The translations under genes were made by a program, and so were the position numbers. DNA of 62,745 nt, filler included. It is 4 parts of 4 records of this genome, joined end to end, with 100 filler letters (N's around TTAATTAATTAA, not from the genome) between each part and the next. Parts side by side here need not be neighbours in the genome. Positions count along the whole stretch, not along the records: positions 23,527 to 43,622 come from SRR20825019_2766; positions 43,723 to 52,594 come from SRR20825019_2769; 2 more parts are not named here. One strand, given 5' to 3'. The notes beneath the pieces were generated by a model, which searched no databases, was not told the origin of the DNA, and saw nothing but the letters and a program-made list of their open reading frames with translations. Below, piece after piece: positions 42,411 through 49,823 of this stretch (positions are counted from its first letter, which is position 1; the number at the start of each line of letters is the position of its first letter).

Positions 42411-43580
42411 ATGATCATCGAACCCAAGATCCGCGGCTTCATCTGCACCACCGCCCATCCCACCGGCTGCGCCACCAATGTGCAGCGCCAGATCGATCAT
42501 GTTGTGATCAAGGGACCCATCCCCTCCGAGCGCAAGCGCGTCCTGGTGCTCGGCTGCTCGACCGGCTATGGCCTTGCCTCGCGCATCGTCACCACCTTTG
42601 GCTCTGGTGCTGACACAGTCGGCGTCTCCTTCGAGCGCGAGCCGGGCGAAACCAAGCCCGCCTCGGCCGGCTGGTACAATAACCGCGCCTTTGAAAACCG
42701 CGCCCGCGCCGCCGGCAGCAAGGCCGTGACCATCGAAGGTGACGCCTTTTCCAATGAAGTGAAGGCCCAGACCATCGAAGCCATCAAGGAGACGCTGGGC
42801 CAGGTGGACTTGATCGTCTATTCGCTGGCCTCCCCGGTCCGCACCGACCCCAAGGACGGCGTTACCTATCGCTCGGCCATCAAGCCCTATGGCACTCAGG
42901 TCACCTCAAAGACCCTCAACACCGGCACCGGCGAAGTTTCCGAGGTCACCGTCGAGCCGGCCACCGAAGAGGAGGCCGCCGCCACCGTCAAGGTCATGGG
43001 CGGCGAGGATTGGGAACTCTGGATCGAAGCCTTGTCCGAGGCCGGCGTGCTGGCCGACGATTTCGCCTCGCTCAACTACACCTATCTCGGCAGCGAGCTG
43101 ACCTGGCCGATCTACCACAAGGGCACGCTGGGCAAGGCCAAGGGCGACCTCGACCGTGCCGCCGCCGCCATCCGCGCCGCCCATGGTGACAATGCCGCCC
43201 ATGTCGTGGCGCTCAAGGCGGTCGTCACCCAGGCCAGCTCCGCCATTCCGGTGGTGCCGCTCTATGGCACGCTGCTGATCAAGGTCGAGGACGAGATGGG
43301 CCTGGGCGAAGGCCCGATCCACCAGATCGACCGGCTGTTCCGCGACAAGCTGCAGGGCGCCATCGTGCTCGACGACGACAACCGCATCCGTGTTGATGAC
43401 TGGGAGTTGTCCGAAGCCATGCAGGCCGAGCTCAAGAAACGCTGGGCCGTGCTCAACACCGAAAACCTTGCCGATCTCGCCGACCTGCCGAAATACCGCG
43501 AAGAATTCATGCGCCTGTTCGGCTTCGCCGTTGGCGGCGTGGACTACTCCAAGGATGTCGACCCGCGCGTGGTGGACTGA
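42411..43580 (+). CDS. fabV: Enoyl-ACP reductase FabV / trans-2-enoyl-CoA reductase
   Basis: RGFICTTAHP, GCSTGYG, catalytic Y-x8-K (YHKGTLGKAK) and VTQASSAIP; strong GAGGAG SD. Confidence 0.93.
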   Translation: MIIEPKIRGFICTTAHPTGCATNVQRQIDHVVIKGPIPSERKRVLVLGCSTGYGLASRIVTTFGSGADTVGVSFEREPGETKPASAGWYNNRAFENRARAAGSKAVTIEGDAFSNEVKAQTIEAIKETLGQVDLIVYSLASPVRTDPKDGVTYRSAIKPYGTQVTSKTLNTGTGEVSEVTVEPATEEEAAATVKVMGGEDWELWIEALSEAGVLADDFASLNYTYLGSELTWPIYHKGTLGKAKGDLDRAAAAIRAAHGDNAAHVVALKAVVTQASSAIPVVPLYGTLLIKVEDEMGLGEGPIHQIDRLFRDKLQGAIVLDDDNRIRVDDWELSEAMQAELKKRWAVLNTENLADLADLPKYREEFMRLFGFAVGGVDYSKDVDPRVVD

Positions 43581-43594
43581 GCGTACTCACCGTC

Positions 43595-43617
43595 CCTTCT
43601 CCCCTTGTGGGAGAAGG
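43595..43617. repeat. Palindromic element resembling alphaproteobacterial small intergenic repeats
   Basis: CCTTCTCCC-CTTGT-GGGAGAAGG perfect 9-bp stem, lying right at the contig end. Confidence 0.55.
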
Positions 43618-43622
43618 TGCCC

Positions 43623-43722
43623 NNNNNNNNNNNNNNNNNNNNNNNNNNNNNNNNNNNNNNNNNNNNTTAATTAATTAANNNNNNNNNNNNNNNNNNNNNN
43701 NNNNNNNNNNNNNNNNNNNNNN
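43623..43722. other. Artificial contig linker
   Basis: 100-nt N run with a central TTAATTAATTAA. Confidence 0.98.
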
Positions 43723-43779
43723 TAGAGCAGCGGATTGAAAATCCGCGTGTCGCTGGTTCGATTCCGGCTCTGGGCACCA
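43723..43779 (+). tRNA. tRNA-Phe(GAA), 5'-truncated by contig start
   Basis: D-arm end TAGAGCA, anticodon arm GCGGA-TTGAAAA-TCCGC, T-arm GCTGG-TTCGATT-CCGGC and an acceptor ending GGGCACCA. Confidence 0.93.
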
Positions 43780-43867
43780 TTAATTCCTCAAACGGATTTC
43801 CATACATCGTTGGCGCTGTGCTTTTCGGTCGACTGAGCTTGCCGACGCGGCTTGGCCGGTGTCTGGC

Positions 43868-44884
43868 TCAAGACATCAACACGGCATCGCGGTAGGTGGT
43901 GGGTGTTGTGCCCGAATAGCTTTTGAAGGCACGGGCAAAGGACGATGCGTTCACGAACCCACAGGCATGGGCGATCTGCGCCACTGAGTGTTCTCCCGAG
44001 GATGCAAGCAGCGTACTGGCCGCGTCGAGCCGGGTTCTTCTGATCGTCCCGCCCACGCCCTCTTCGCGACCGGCAAAAGCCCTGTGAAGGCCCGCCCGTG
44101 AGCACCCGACTGCCTTGGCGACCTGTTCGGCCGTCAAGGTGCTGTCGTCAAAATGCAGCTCGATATAGCGGCGCGCCGCAGCATGGATCAGTCCGGAGCT
44201 GTCCCCGGCGCTCATAGCGTGACCTGTCCGGTCCAGTTCCTGCACCAGCGCCGTCAAGGCGAGATCGATCCCGCAGCCCACGGCTATGCGCGCGACCCGG
44301 GGATCCAGCCGCATCCCCTGCCGGGCCGTGATCAGCATATGCGACTTGAGAATTTCAGCGACCCCGTTGGAAGGCAGCCTGACAAGACCGTCGCGCAGGA
44401 TGTCCGGGTCGTCGTCCAGCGCCTCGACCACCCTGGCCCGTGGGATGGTCAGGTAGAGGTGTTTGTAGCCGCTGGTCACCGTCGTCAGCGGGCGCCTGGA
44501 ATCGATCGCGACGAAGCCGTCCCGGGCGGAAACGACCTGTTCGGTTTGGCCAGCGACCCGCAATGCGGCGCTGCCCGCCAGGGTAAGGCTGATCAGCACG
44601 AAATCGCGATTAGGTTGAGCAAAACGAGCGACAATGTCGTCACTCGTGGTCAGCCCAAAGGTCGATCCATCCGGCGCGCCGTACTGCAGCAGTTCACCGC
44701 GAAAATTCTTGTGCGCAAAATTCTCGGCGGGTTCGACATCAATGTTTGGATGCAAGCCGCGCCAGAACTCGAAGCGGTCGCCTGCCCTCCGGCTGCCGGT
44801 GGACAAACGCGTGAAACCGCTCTCCGGCTTGCCACCACGCGCGCCTCCAGGTGAAGCCGATCCGCCCTTGCCAGCCAGTGTCAC
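43868..44884 (-). CDS. AraC family transcriptional regulator (FeaR-like N-terminal domain)
   Basis: N-terminal RFEFWR, C-terminal double HTH (VAKAVGCSRAGLHRAF; IAHACGFVNASSFARAFK..SGTTP..YR). Confidence 0.92.
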   Translation of the reverse strand: MTLAGKGGSASPGGARGGKPESGFTRLSTGSRRAGDRFEFWRGLHPNIDVEPAENFAHKNFRGELLQYGAPDGSTFGLTTSDDIVARFAQPNRDFVLISLTLAGSAALRVAGQTEQVVSARDGFVAIDSRRPLTTVTSGYKHLYLTIPRARVVEALDDDPDILRDGLVRLPSNGVAEILKSHMLITARQGMRLDPRVARIAVGCGIDLALTALVQELDRTGHAMSAGDSSGLIHAAARRYIELHFDDSTLTAEQVAKAVGCSRAGLHRAFAGREEGVGGTIRRTRLDAASTLLASSGEHSVAQIAHACGFVNASSFARAFKSYSGTTPTTYRDAVLMS

Positions 44885-44994
44885 AATGCCGTTTCCCCGC
44901 TGCGTCCGCGTTCAGGATTGCAGCAAGATCAGCATGGATCAACCCGCGCGCCGCAGAATTGACCGCACCCGCCCGGATCACTGGTTGGTCGTTT

Positions 44995-45273
44995 TTATGT
45001 TCCTGTGCCGCTCGGCGTGAACATGTCGCTATTAAGATCGTACGCGGCCATGCTCGGATCGTTGAAGAACCTGTCCAGTTGTTCCTTCACGGTGTCCGGG
45101 TCGAGGGTGATGATGGGGACATCCTGAAAACCGCCTATAAATCCGTTGAAGTTTTTGAAGTGCTCCTCGGTTGCAGCCGGGCTCTGCGAAGCGTGAGACT
45201 CCTGTGCATTCACAAGGCCTGGTACCACCATCAATATTGACGCGGCCGCGGCGACCATCGTTTTCAGTGTCAT
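44995..45273 (-). CDS. Small secreted protein A with C-terminal ...NDP...PSGTGT module
   Basis: GGAGA SD before ATG 45273; signal peptide MTLKTMVAAAASILMVVPGLVNA|Q; the C-terminal 32 aa align without gaps to the neighbouring ORF. Confidence 0.8.
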   Translation of the reverse strand: MTLKTMVAAAASILMVVPGLVNAQESHASQSPAATEEHFKNFNGFIGGFQDVPIITLDPDTVKEQLDRFFNDPSMAAYDLNSDMFTPSGTGT

Positions 45274-45312
45274 GGACCGGTCTCCCATAGCTCGATTTGG
45301 CTTGTCACCGGT

Positions 45313-45666
45313 TCAGGTCCCGGTGCCCGAGGGCAATGAAAAATCGGCAGCGCCGTCGATGACCGAGCTGCCCGGGTCGTTGATGACATCCTCGACCACC
45401 TCTTCAACGGTCCCCTCGGCGGTGTCGGCGTCGGCGGCATCGCCATTGTTGGCTTGATTGGGGCCATACCCCAGGGCGCGGATAAGAGCGTCCGCAACGG
45501 TACGTACACGGGCCGCCAAGTCATAGGCTGCACCCGAACCTATGCTTGGGGACATGGTCTCTGTTGCCGTGGTCGTCTGCGCCATCGCAGAACCACACAG
45601 CACGCTCATCAGACCTGCGGCCAGTGTCAATTTCAAACGGTTCATGAGTTTGCTGCTCCTGGCCAT
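45313..45666 (-). CDS. Small secreted protein B with C-terminal ...NDP...PSGTGT module
   Basis: ATG 45666 overlaps the barrel stop (TGATG); alternative ATG 45645 has an AGGAG SD. Signal peptide ..LCGSAMA|Q; same C-terminal module as protein A. Confidence 0.8.
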   Translation of the reverse strand: MARSSKLMNRLKLTLAAGLMSVLCGSAMAQTTTATETMSPSIGSGAAYDLAARVRTVADALIRALGYGPNQANNGDAADADTAEGTVEEVVEDVINDPGSSVIDGAADFSLPSGTGT

Positions 45667-46520
45667 CAGAACATTTTCCGCACGCCCAGCGTGCCCGAGA
45701 AGCCTTGATACGCCTCATTGCCGACCGTGGCGCTCGCATTGCCGTAAATGGTCAGATGCTCGCTGACATCGTGCGACAACCCCAGCGACACGATCCCATA
45801 ATTGGGGTCGAGCGGATCCTCGCCGGCCAGCACCTTGGAATCAAGGAGCGAGACCAGACCAGCACTCACGCTCGCTCGCGTGGCGTCCGTCAGGTCATAG
45901 GTGCCGACAACCGACAGCGTGTTGGACAGGACGTGTCCGTCGCTGGCATCGATCGAATTGGTCGGGGCATAATCGGCGTGGCTGCTGGAATAGGCGAGTT
46001 GATCTGATATGCTCAGCTTGGCCCGCTGATTGCGCCACACATCGACGGAGACGCCCCCAAAAACCGAAGCGTTCCAAAGCCGGGTATCGCTGGTGTCGGC
46101 GCTATTGAAGACCGCTTCCTGCCAGCCGATATCGATTGTGCCACCGGCCCGCAGATGCAGGAAACGGAGCGGCGAATAGATGGCGTTGATCCCGGCGCCC
46201 ACGATTGTCGCGCTGGTATCGATGGGAACAAAGGCGTTCGCGCCCGTGCCGCTCTGACCCTTGAGCGTAATCGAAGGTATCACCACAAGGCCCGCCTCCG
46301 GAAAGCTCGAAATCGTCCCCAGCTTGACGGTCAGCGACCGCGAGGAATCGGGAAATGCGATGTTGGCGCCTTCATCTGTCGCGCCATATCGGAGTTCCGA
46401 AAATACGCCCACTATGCCCAGTGGGAGATTTGAAGTTCCCTCGTCTGCCGCGTTCGCCTGAAGGGTGCCAGCCGACCACAGCGCCCCAAGCAATGCCAGA
46501 TATGATCGTGCTTTCACCAT
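45666..46520 (-). CDS. Outer-membrane beta-barrel protein, autotransporter beta-domain-like, no passenger
   Basis: Signal peptide (..LQANA|A), about 260-aa mature chain of alternating amphipathic strands, and a terminal beta-signal GTLGVRKMF ending in Phe. Confidence 0.75.
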   Translation of the reverse strand: MVKARSYLALLGALWSAGTLQANAADEGTSNLPLGIVGVFSELRYGATDEGANIAFPDSSRSLTVKLGTISSFPEAGLVVIPSITLKGQSGTGANAFVPIDTSATIVGAGINAIYSPLRFLHLRAGGTIDIGWQEAVFNSADTSDTRLWNASVFGGVSVDVWRNQRAKLSISDQLAYSSSHADYAPTNSIDASDGHVLSNTLSVVGTYDLTDATRASVSAGLVSLLDSKVLAGEDPLDPNYGIVSLGLSHDVSEHLTIYGNASATVGNEAYQGFSGTLGVRKMF

Positions 46521-46583
46521 TGTGAGTCCTGGGTCAGTGTCGCCAAATCCTTACCCAGGCTAGCCGATTGAGGCTTTGCCTTG

Positions 46584-46609
46584 TGTCTCAATGCTGTGCA
46601 GTTTGTCTC
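46584..46609 (-). promoter_or_regulatory. Direct repeat GAGACA-N14-GAGACA, candidate AraC-family operator
   Basis: TGTCTC at 46584-46589 and 46604-46609 (20-bp period), about 65-90 nt upstream of the barrel gene start. Confidence 0.45.
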
Positions 46610-46698
46610 GCCGACAGGGGCCTCTCAGCGAGCCGCTGCCCCGAGCTTAGGCGCGCACAATGGTAAGGTGCTGGCTTGCCCAACTCGCCACACCCATA

Positions 46699-46717
46699 TA
46701 TCTTCATCATAAAGATA
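46699..46717. promoter_or_regulatory. Palindromic operator TATCTT-N7-AAGATA, candidate MarR site
   Basis: Perfect 6-bp inverted repeat in an AT-rich stretch about 20 nt upstream of the MarR start. Confidence 0.6.
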
Positions 46718-46737
46718 CTTATCGATTGTGACATACC

Positions 46738-47223
46738 GTGCCGGATCGGCAAGAATTACAGATCAGGGTCGGGGCTGCGCTGGTCGGGATGATCCGGCGA
46801 GCCGAAGAGGCCCAGGAGGCGGCGGCTCGCCATCATGGCATCCACCCCACCGATTTTCGCTGCATGGGTTACCTGCTGGCGCGCAATGAACCTGCCAGTC
46901 CGCGCGAGATCATCGCCTATCTCGGGCTGACCTCCGGCGCCGGCACCGCGCTGCTCGACCGGCTGGAAAAGGCCGGTTTTGTGCGGCGTGAGCGCCATCC
47001 CAAGGACCGGCGCAGCGTGCTGATCGTGCTCGATGAGGTGGCCGCCGCCGAGCCGCTTCGGCTGCACAAGCGCATTTCGCGCGAATATGAGGCGGCGCTC
47101 GCCGATCTCTCGGATGACAACCTGCAAGCCATCGCCCTGTACCTCGAGCGCGTTCAGCGCCTGTCCCAGGCCATGAACAAGGTTCTCTACCCTCAAACAG
47201 GGGCGGACACACCCGACCCCTGA
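46738..47223 (+). CDS. MarR family transcriptional regulator
   Basis: GIHPTDFRC, LGLTSGAGTALLDRLEKAGFVRR and DRRSVLI. Confidence 0.92.
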   Translation: MPDRQELQIRVGAALVGMIRRAEEAQEAAARHHGIHPTDFRCMGYLLARNEPASPREIIAYLGLTSGAGTALLDRLEKAGFVRRERHPKDRRSVLIVLDEVAAAEPLRLHKRISREYEAALADLSDDNLQAIALYLERVQRLSQAMNKVLYPQTGADTPDP

Positions 47224-47252
47224 AACACAAGTATACTCTAGGAGGCATTTCA

Positions 47253-49658
47253 ATGAGTAACCAAGGCGGGGCCAAACCCCCGCATATTCTGGCGCGGGGG
47301 CTGATGTGGCTCTTCGCCATCGTGCTGGGCGTCATGGCCCTGATTTTCATCGGCGGTGGTGGATACCTCGCCACCCTGGGCGGCTCGCTCTATTACGTGA
47401 TTTCGGGCGTCCTGTTCCTGGCTTCGGCCGTGCTGCTGTTCCGTGGCCAGCGCCTTGGCGCCTGGATTTTCGGGCTGACCCTGGCCATCACCATTGTCTG
47501 GGCCATCTGGGAAGTCGGCATTGACGGCTGGGCGTTGATGCCCCGCCTTCTGATCCCCCTCGCCTTCGGCATCTGGCTGCTCTTGCCCTGGAGCCAGCAT
47601 GCGCTCTCGGGCAGGCTGAATTTCGCGGGCAAGGTGCCGGCTGGCGCTGCCGGCCTCATCCTGGCCGGGACGGTCGTGTCGGTCGGCCTCGGGGCCGCGC
47701 TTTACGGCGTCAGCGCACCCGGCCTGCCGCAGGACCCGCGTTTCCAGACCGGCATCGGTACCTATCCCGCAGCCAATGGTGCTGCCGCCGCCGGTCAGAC
47801 CGGTGCGGACTGGCCCTATTTCGGTGGAGACCAGGGTGGCCAGAAATACTCGCCGCTCGACCAGATTACCCTCGACAATATCGACACGCTCGAAGTGGCC
47901 TGGTCGGTCGATGTGGGCCGCATTCCGGCCAATAATTCCACCCCGCTCAAGATCGATGACACGATTCATATGTGCAACCAGTTCAGCCAGCTCTTCGCGC
48001 TCGACGCGGCGACCGGCGCTGAACGCTGGATGTACGACGCGTCAGAAGGTCATGGCGGCACATGCCGAGGCGTCACCTTCCACGCCGAACCGGGCCTGAG
48101 CGGCGCATGCGCCGAACGCATCATTGCCGGCACCGGCACCGCCAAGCTGGTGGCCGTCGATGCCGGAACCGGCCAGCTCTGCGCCGACTTCGGCGAGGGC
48201 GGCATGGCCGATCTCTCCGTGGGCATGGAAGACCACGAAGGCAAGTTCATCGGCGGCTATTACAAGATCACCTCTGCCCCCACCTATGTGCGCGGCAAGG
48301 TGGTCGTGGGCGGCTGGGTTACCGATGGCCAGTATTGGGGCGAAACCTCCGGCGTTATCCGCGCCTTCGACGCGGTCACCGGCGAACTCTCCTGGGCCTG
48401 GGATATGGGCCGTCCGAACGAAACCGGCCTGCCACCCGATGGCGAAAGCTATACCGTGGCCACGCCCAATAGCTGGGCGCCGGCTTCGGCTGATGAAGAG
48501 CTGGGTCTGGTCTACCTACCTACCGGCAATGCCACCCCCGACTATTTCGGCGGCCAGCGTCGTGAGTTTGATGACCAATATAGCTCCTCGGTCGTGGCGC
48601 TCGACGCCGAAACCGGCCGTGTCCGCTGGTCGTTCCAGACCAAGCATCATGACATCTGGGACCATGATGTGGCCTCGCCGCCCACTCTCCTGGAGCTGCC
48701 CGATGCCACCGGCACCATGCGCAAGGCACTGATCCAGCCGACCAAGGCCGGCGAAGTCTTCGTACTCGACCGCATCACCGGCGAACCGATCTTTCCGGTG
48801 ACCGAAGTGGAAATGCCGCAGGGCGGTGTCGTGCCCGAAGAGCGCAATTCGCCCACCCAGCCCTTCTCGAACAGCCTGCCTTCCTTCCGGGGTGCGAACC
48901 TGACCGAGGCGGATATGTGGGGCGTCTCGCCCTTCGACCAGCTCTATTGCCGCGTCAAGTTCAAGCAGGCGCGCTATGAAGGTCCGAACACCCCGCCGGG
49001 TCTGGATCCCTATGTCCAGTCGCCGAGCAGCTTTGGCGCCATCAACTGGGGCGGCGTTTCGGTTGACCCGACCAATGGCGTCATGCTCGTCAACTCCAAC
49101 CGCTTCGCCAGCTATACCGAGCTTTTGACGCGCGAAGAGGCAGATGCGATGGGCGTCGAGCCACAGGGCGAATGGGGCGATCCGCGCGAAATCGGTGGTG
49201 TCGTGGCACAGCAAAATGTGCCCTATGCCGCCTTCCCACAATTCTGGCTGACCGCGCTCAACACCCCCTGCATCGATCCGCCCTATGGCCATATCAGCGC
49301 GGTGGATCTCAACACCGGCAAGCTGCTCTGGTCCAATCCCTATGGTAGTGCCAAGGGCAGCGGCACCCTGGGCATCTCGGTTCCCTGGGAAATCCCCATG
49401 GGCACCCCGACCCATGGTGGATCGCTGATCGTGGCCGGCGGTATCGGCTTTAATGCCGGCGCCAAGGACAACATCCTGCGCGCCTTCAATCTGGAAACCG
49501 GTGATGTGGTCTGGCAATACGAACTGCCCGCCGCCGGTGGCGCGCCGATCAGCTATACCCTCGATGGCGAGCAATATATTGCCGTCATCGCCGGCGGGCA
49601 GGGCGCCATCCAGTCGCGCTATTCCACCAAGGTGGTGGCCTTCAAGTTGCCGAACTAA
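47253..49658 (+). CDS. Membrane-bound PQQ-dependent dehydrogenase (glucose/quinate/shikimate family)
   Basis: Five N-terminal TM segments, YSPLDQIT, CRGV, Trp-docking beta-propeller repeats (ALDAxTG..xW), HHDIWDHD and YVAVIAGG-like terminal motif. Confidence 0.92.
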   Translation: MSNQGGAKPPHILARGLMWLFAIVLGVMALIFIGGGGYLATLGGSLYYVISGVLFLASAVLLFRGQRLGAWIFGLTLAITIVWAIWEVGIDGWALMPRLLIPLAFGIWLLLPWSQHALSGRLNFAGKVPAGAAGLILAGTVVSVGLGAALYGVSAPGLPQDPRFQTGIGTYPAANGAAAAGQTGADWPYFGGDQGGQKYSPLDQITLDNIDTLEVAWSVDVGRIPANNSTPLKIDDTIHMCNQFSQLFALDAATGAERWMYDASEGHGGTCRGVTFHAEPGLSGACAERIIAGTGTAKLVAVDAGTGQLCADFGEGGMADLSVGMEDHEGKFIGGYYKITSAPTYVRGKVVVGGWVTDGQYWGETSGVIRAFDAVTGELSWAWDMGRPNETGLPPDGESYTVATPNSWAPASADEELGLVYLPTGNATPDYFGGQRREFDDQYSSSVVALDAETGRVRWSFQTKHHDIWDHDVASPPTLLELPDATGTMRKALIQPTKAGEVFVLDRITGEPIFPVTEVEMPQGGVVPEERNSPTQPFSNSLPSFRGANLTEADMWGVSPFDQLYCRVKFKQARYEGPNTPPGLDPYVQSPSSFGAINWGGVSVDPTNGVMLVNSNRFASYTELLTREEADAMGVEPQGEWGDPREIGGVVAQQNVPYAAFPQFWLTALNTPCIDPPYGHISAVDLNTGKLLWSNPYGSAKGSGTLGISVPWEIPMGTPTHGGSLIVAGGIGFNAGAKDNILRAFNLETGDVVWQYELPAAGGAPISYTLDGEQYIAVIAGGQGAIQSRYSTKVVAFKLPN

Positions 49659-49664
49659 AATAAC

Positions 49665-49699
49665 AGAAGTGGCCGTGGACAGCGTTCATGGCCACTTCT
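49665..49699 (+). terminator. Stem-loop after the PQQ dehydrogenase gene
   Basis: AGAAGTGGCC...GGCCACTTCT perfect 10-bp stem. Confidence 0.6.
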
Positions 49700-49823
49700 C
49701 GCCTTCAATTCAAAAGGTCGGTTTGTAGCTCTCGAGTAAGTAATTCTCGCGCTTGTCTTGCAAGGGATTTGTTTCTGGGCAAGTATCCTCACAATGTCCT
49801 TCTGGGGTGGGGTGCGCAAGCAT

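Noticed and set aside
44995-45666. The two small proteins as RiPP precursor peptides
   Set aside because: They have Sec signal peptides and there are no modifying enzymes, peptidases or ABC exporters nearby. Kept only as a weak alternative to the barrel-cargo model.
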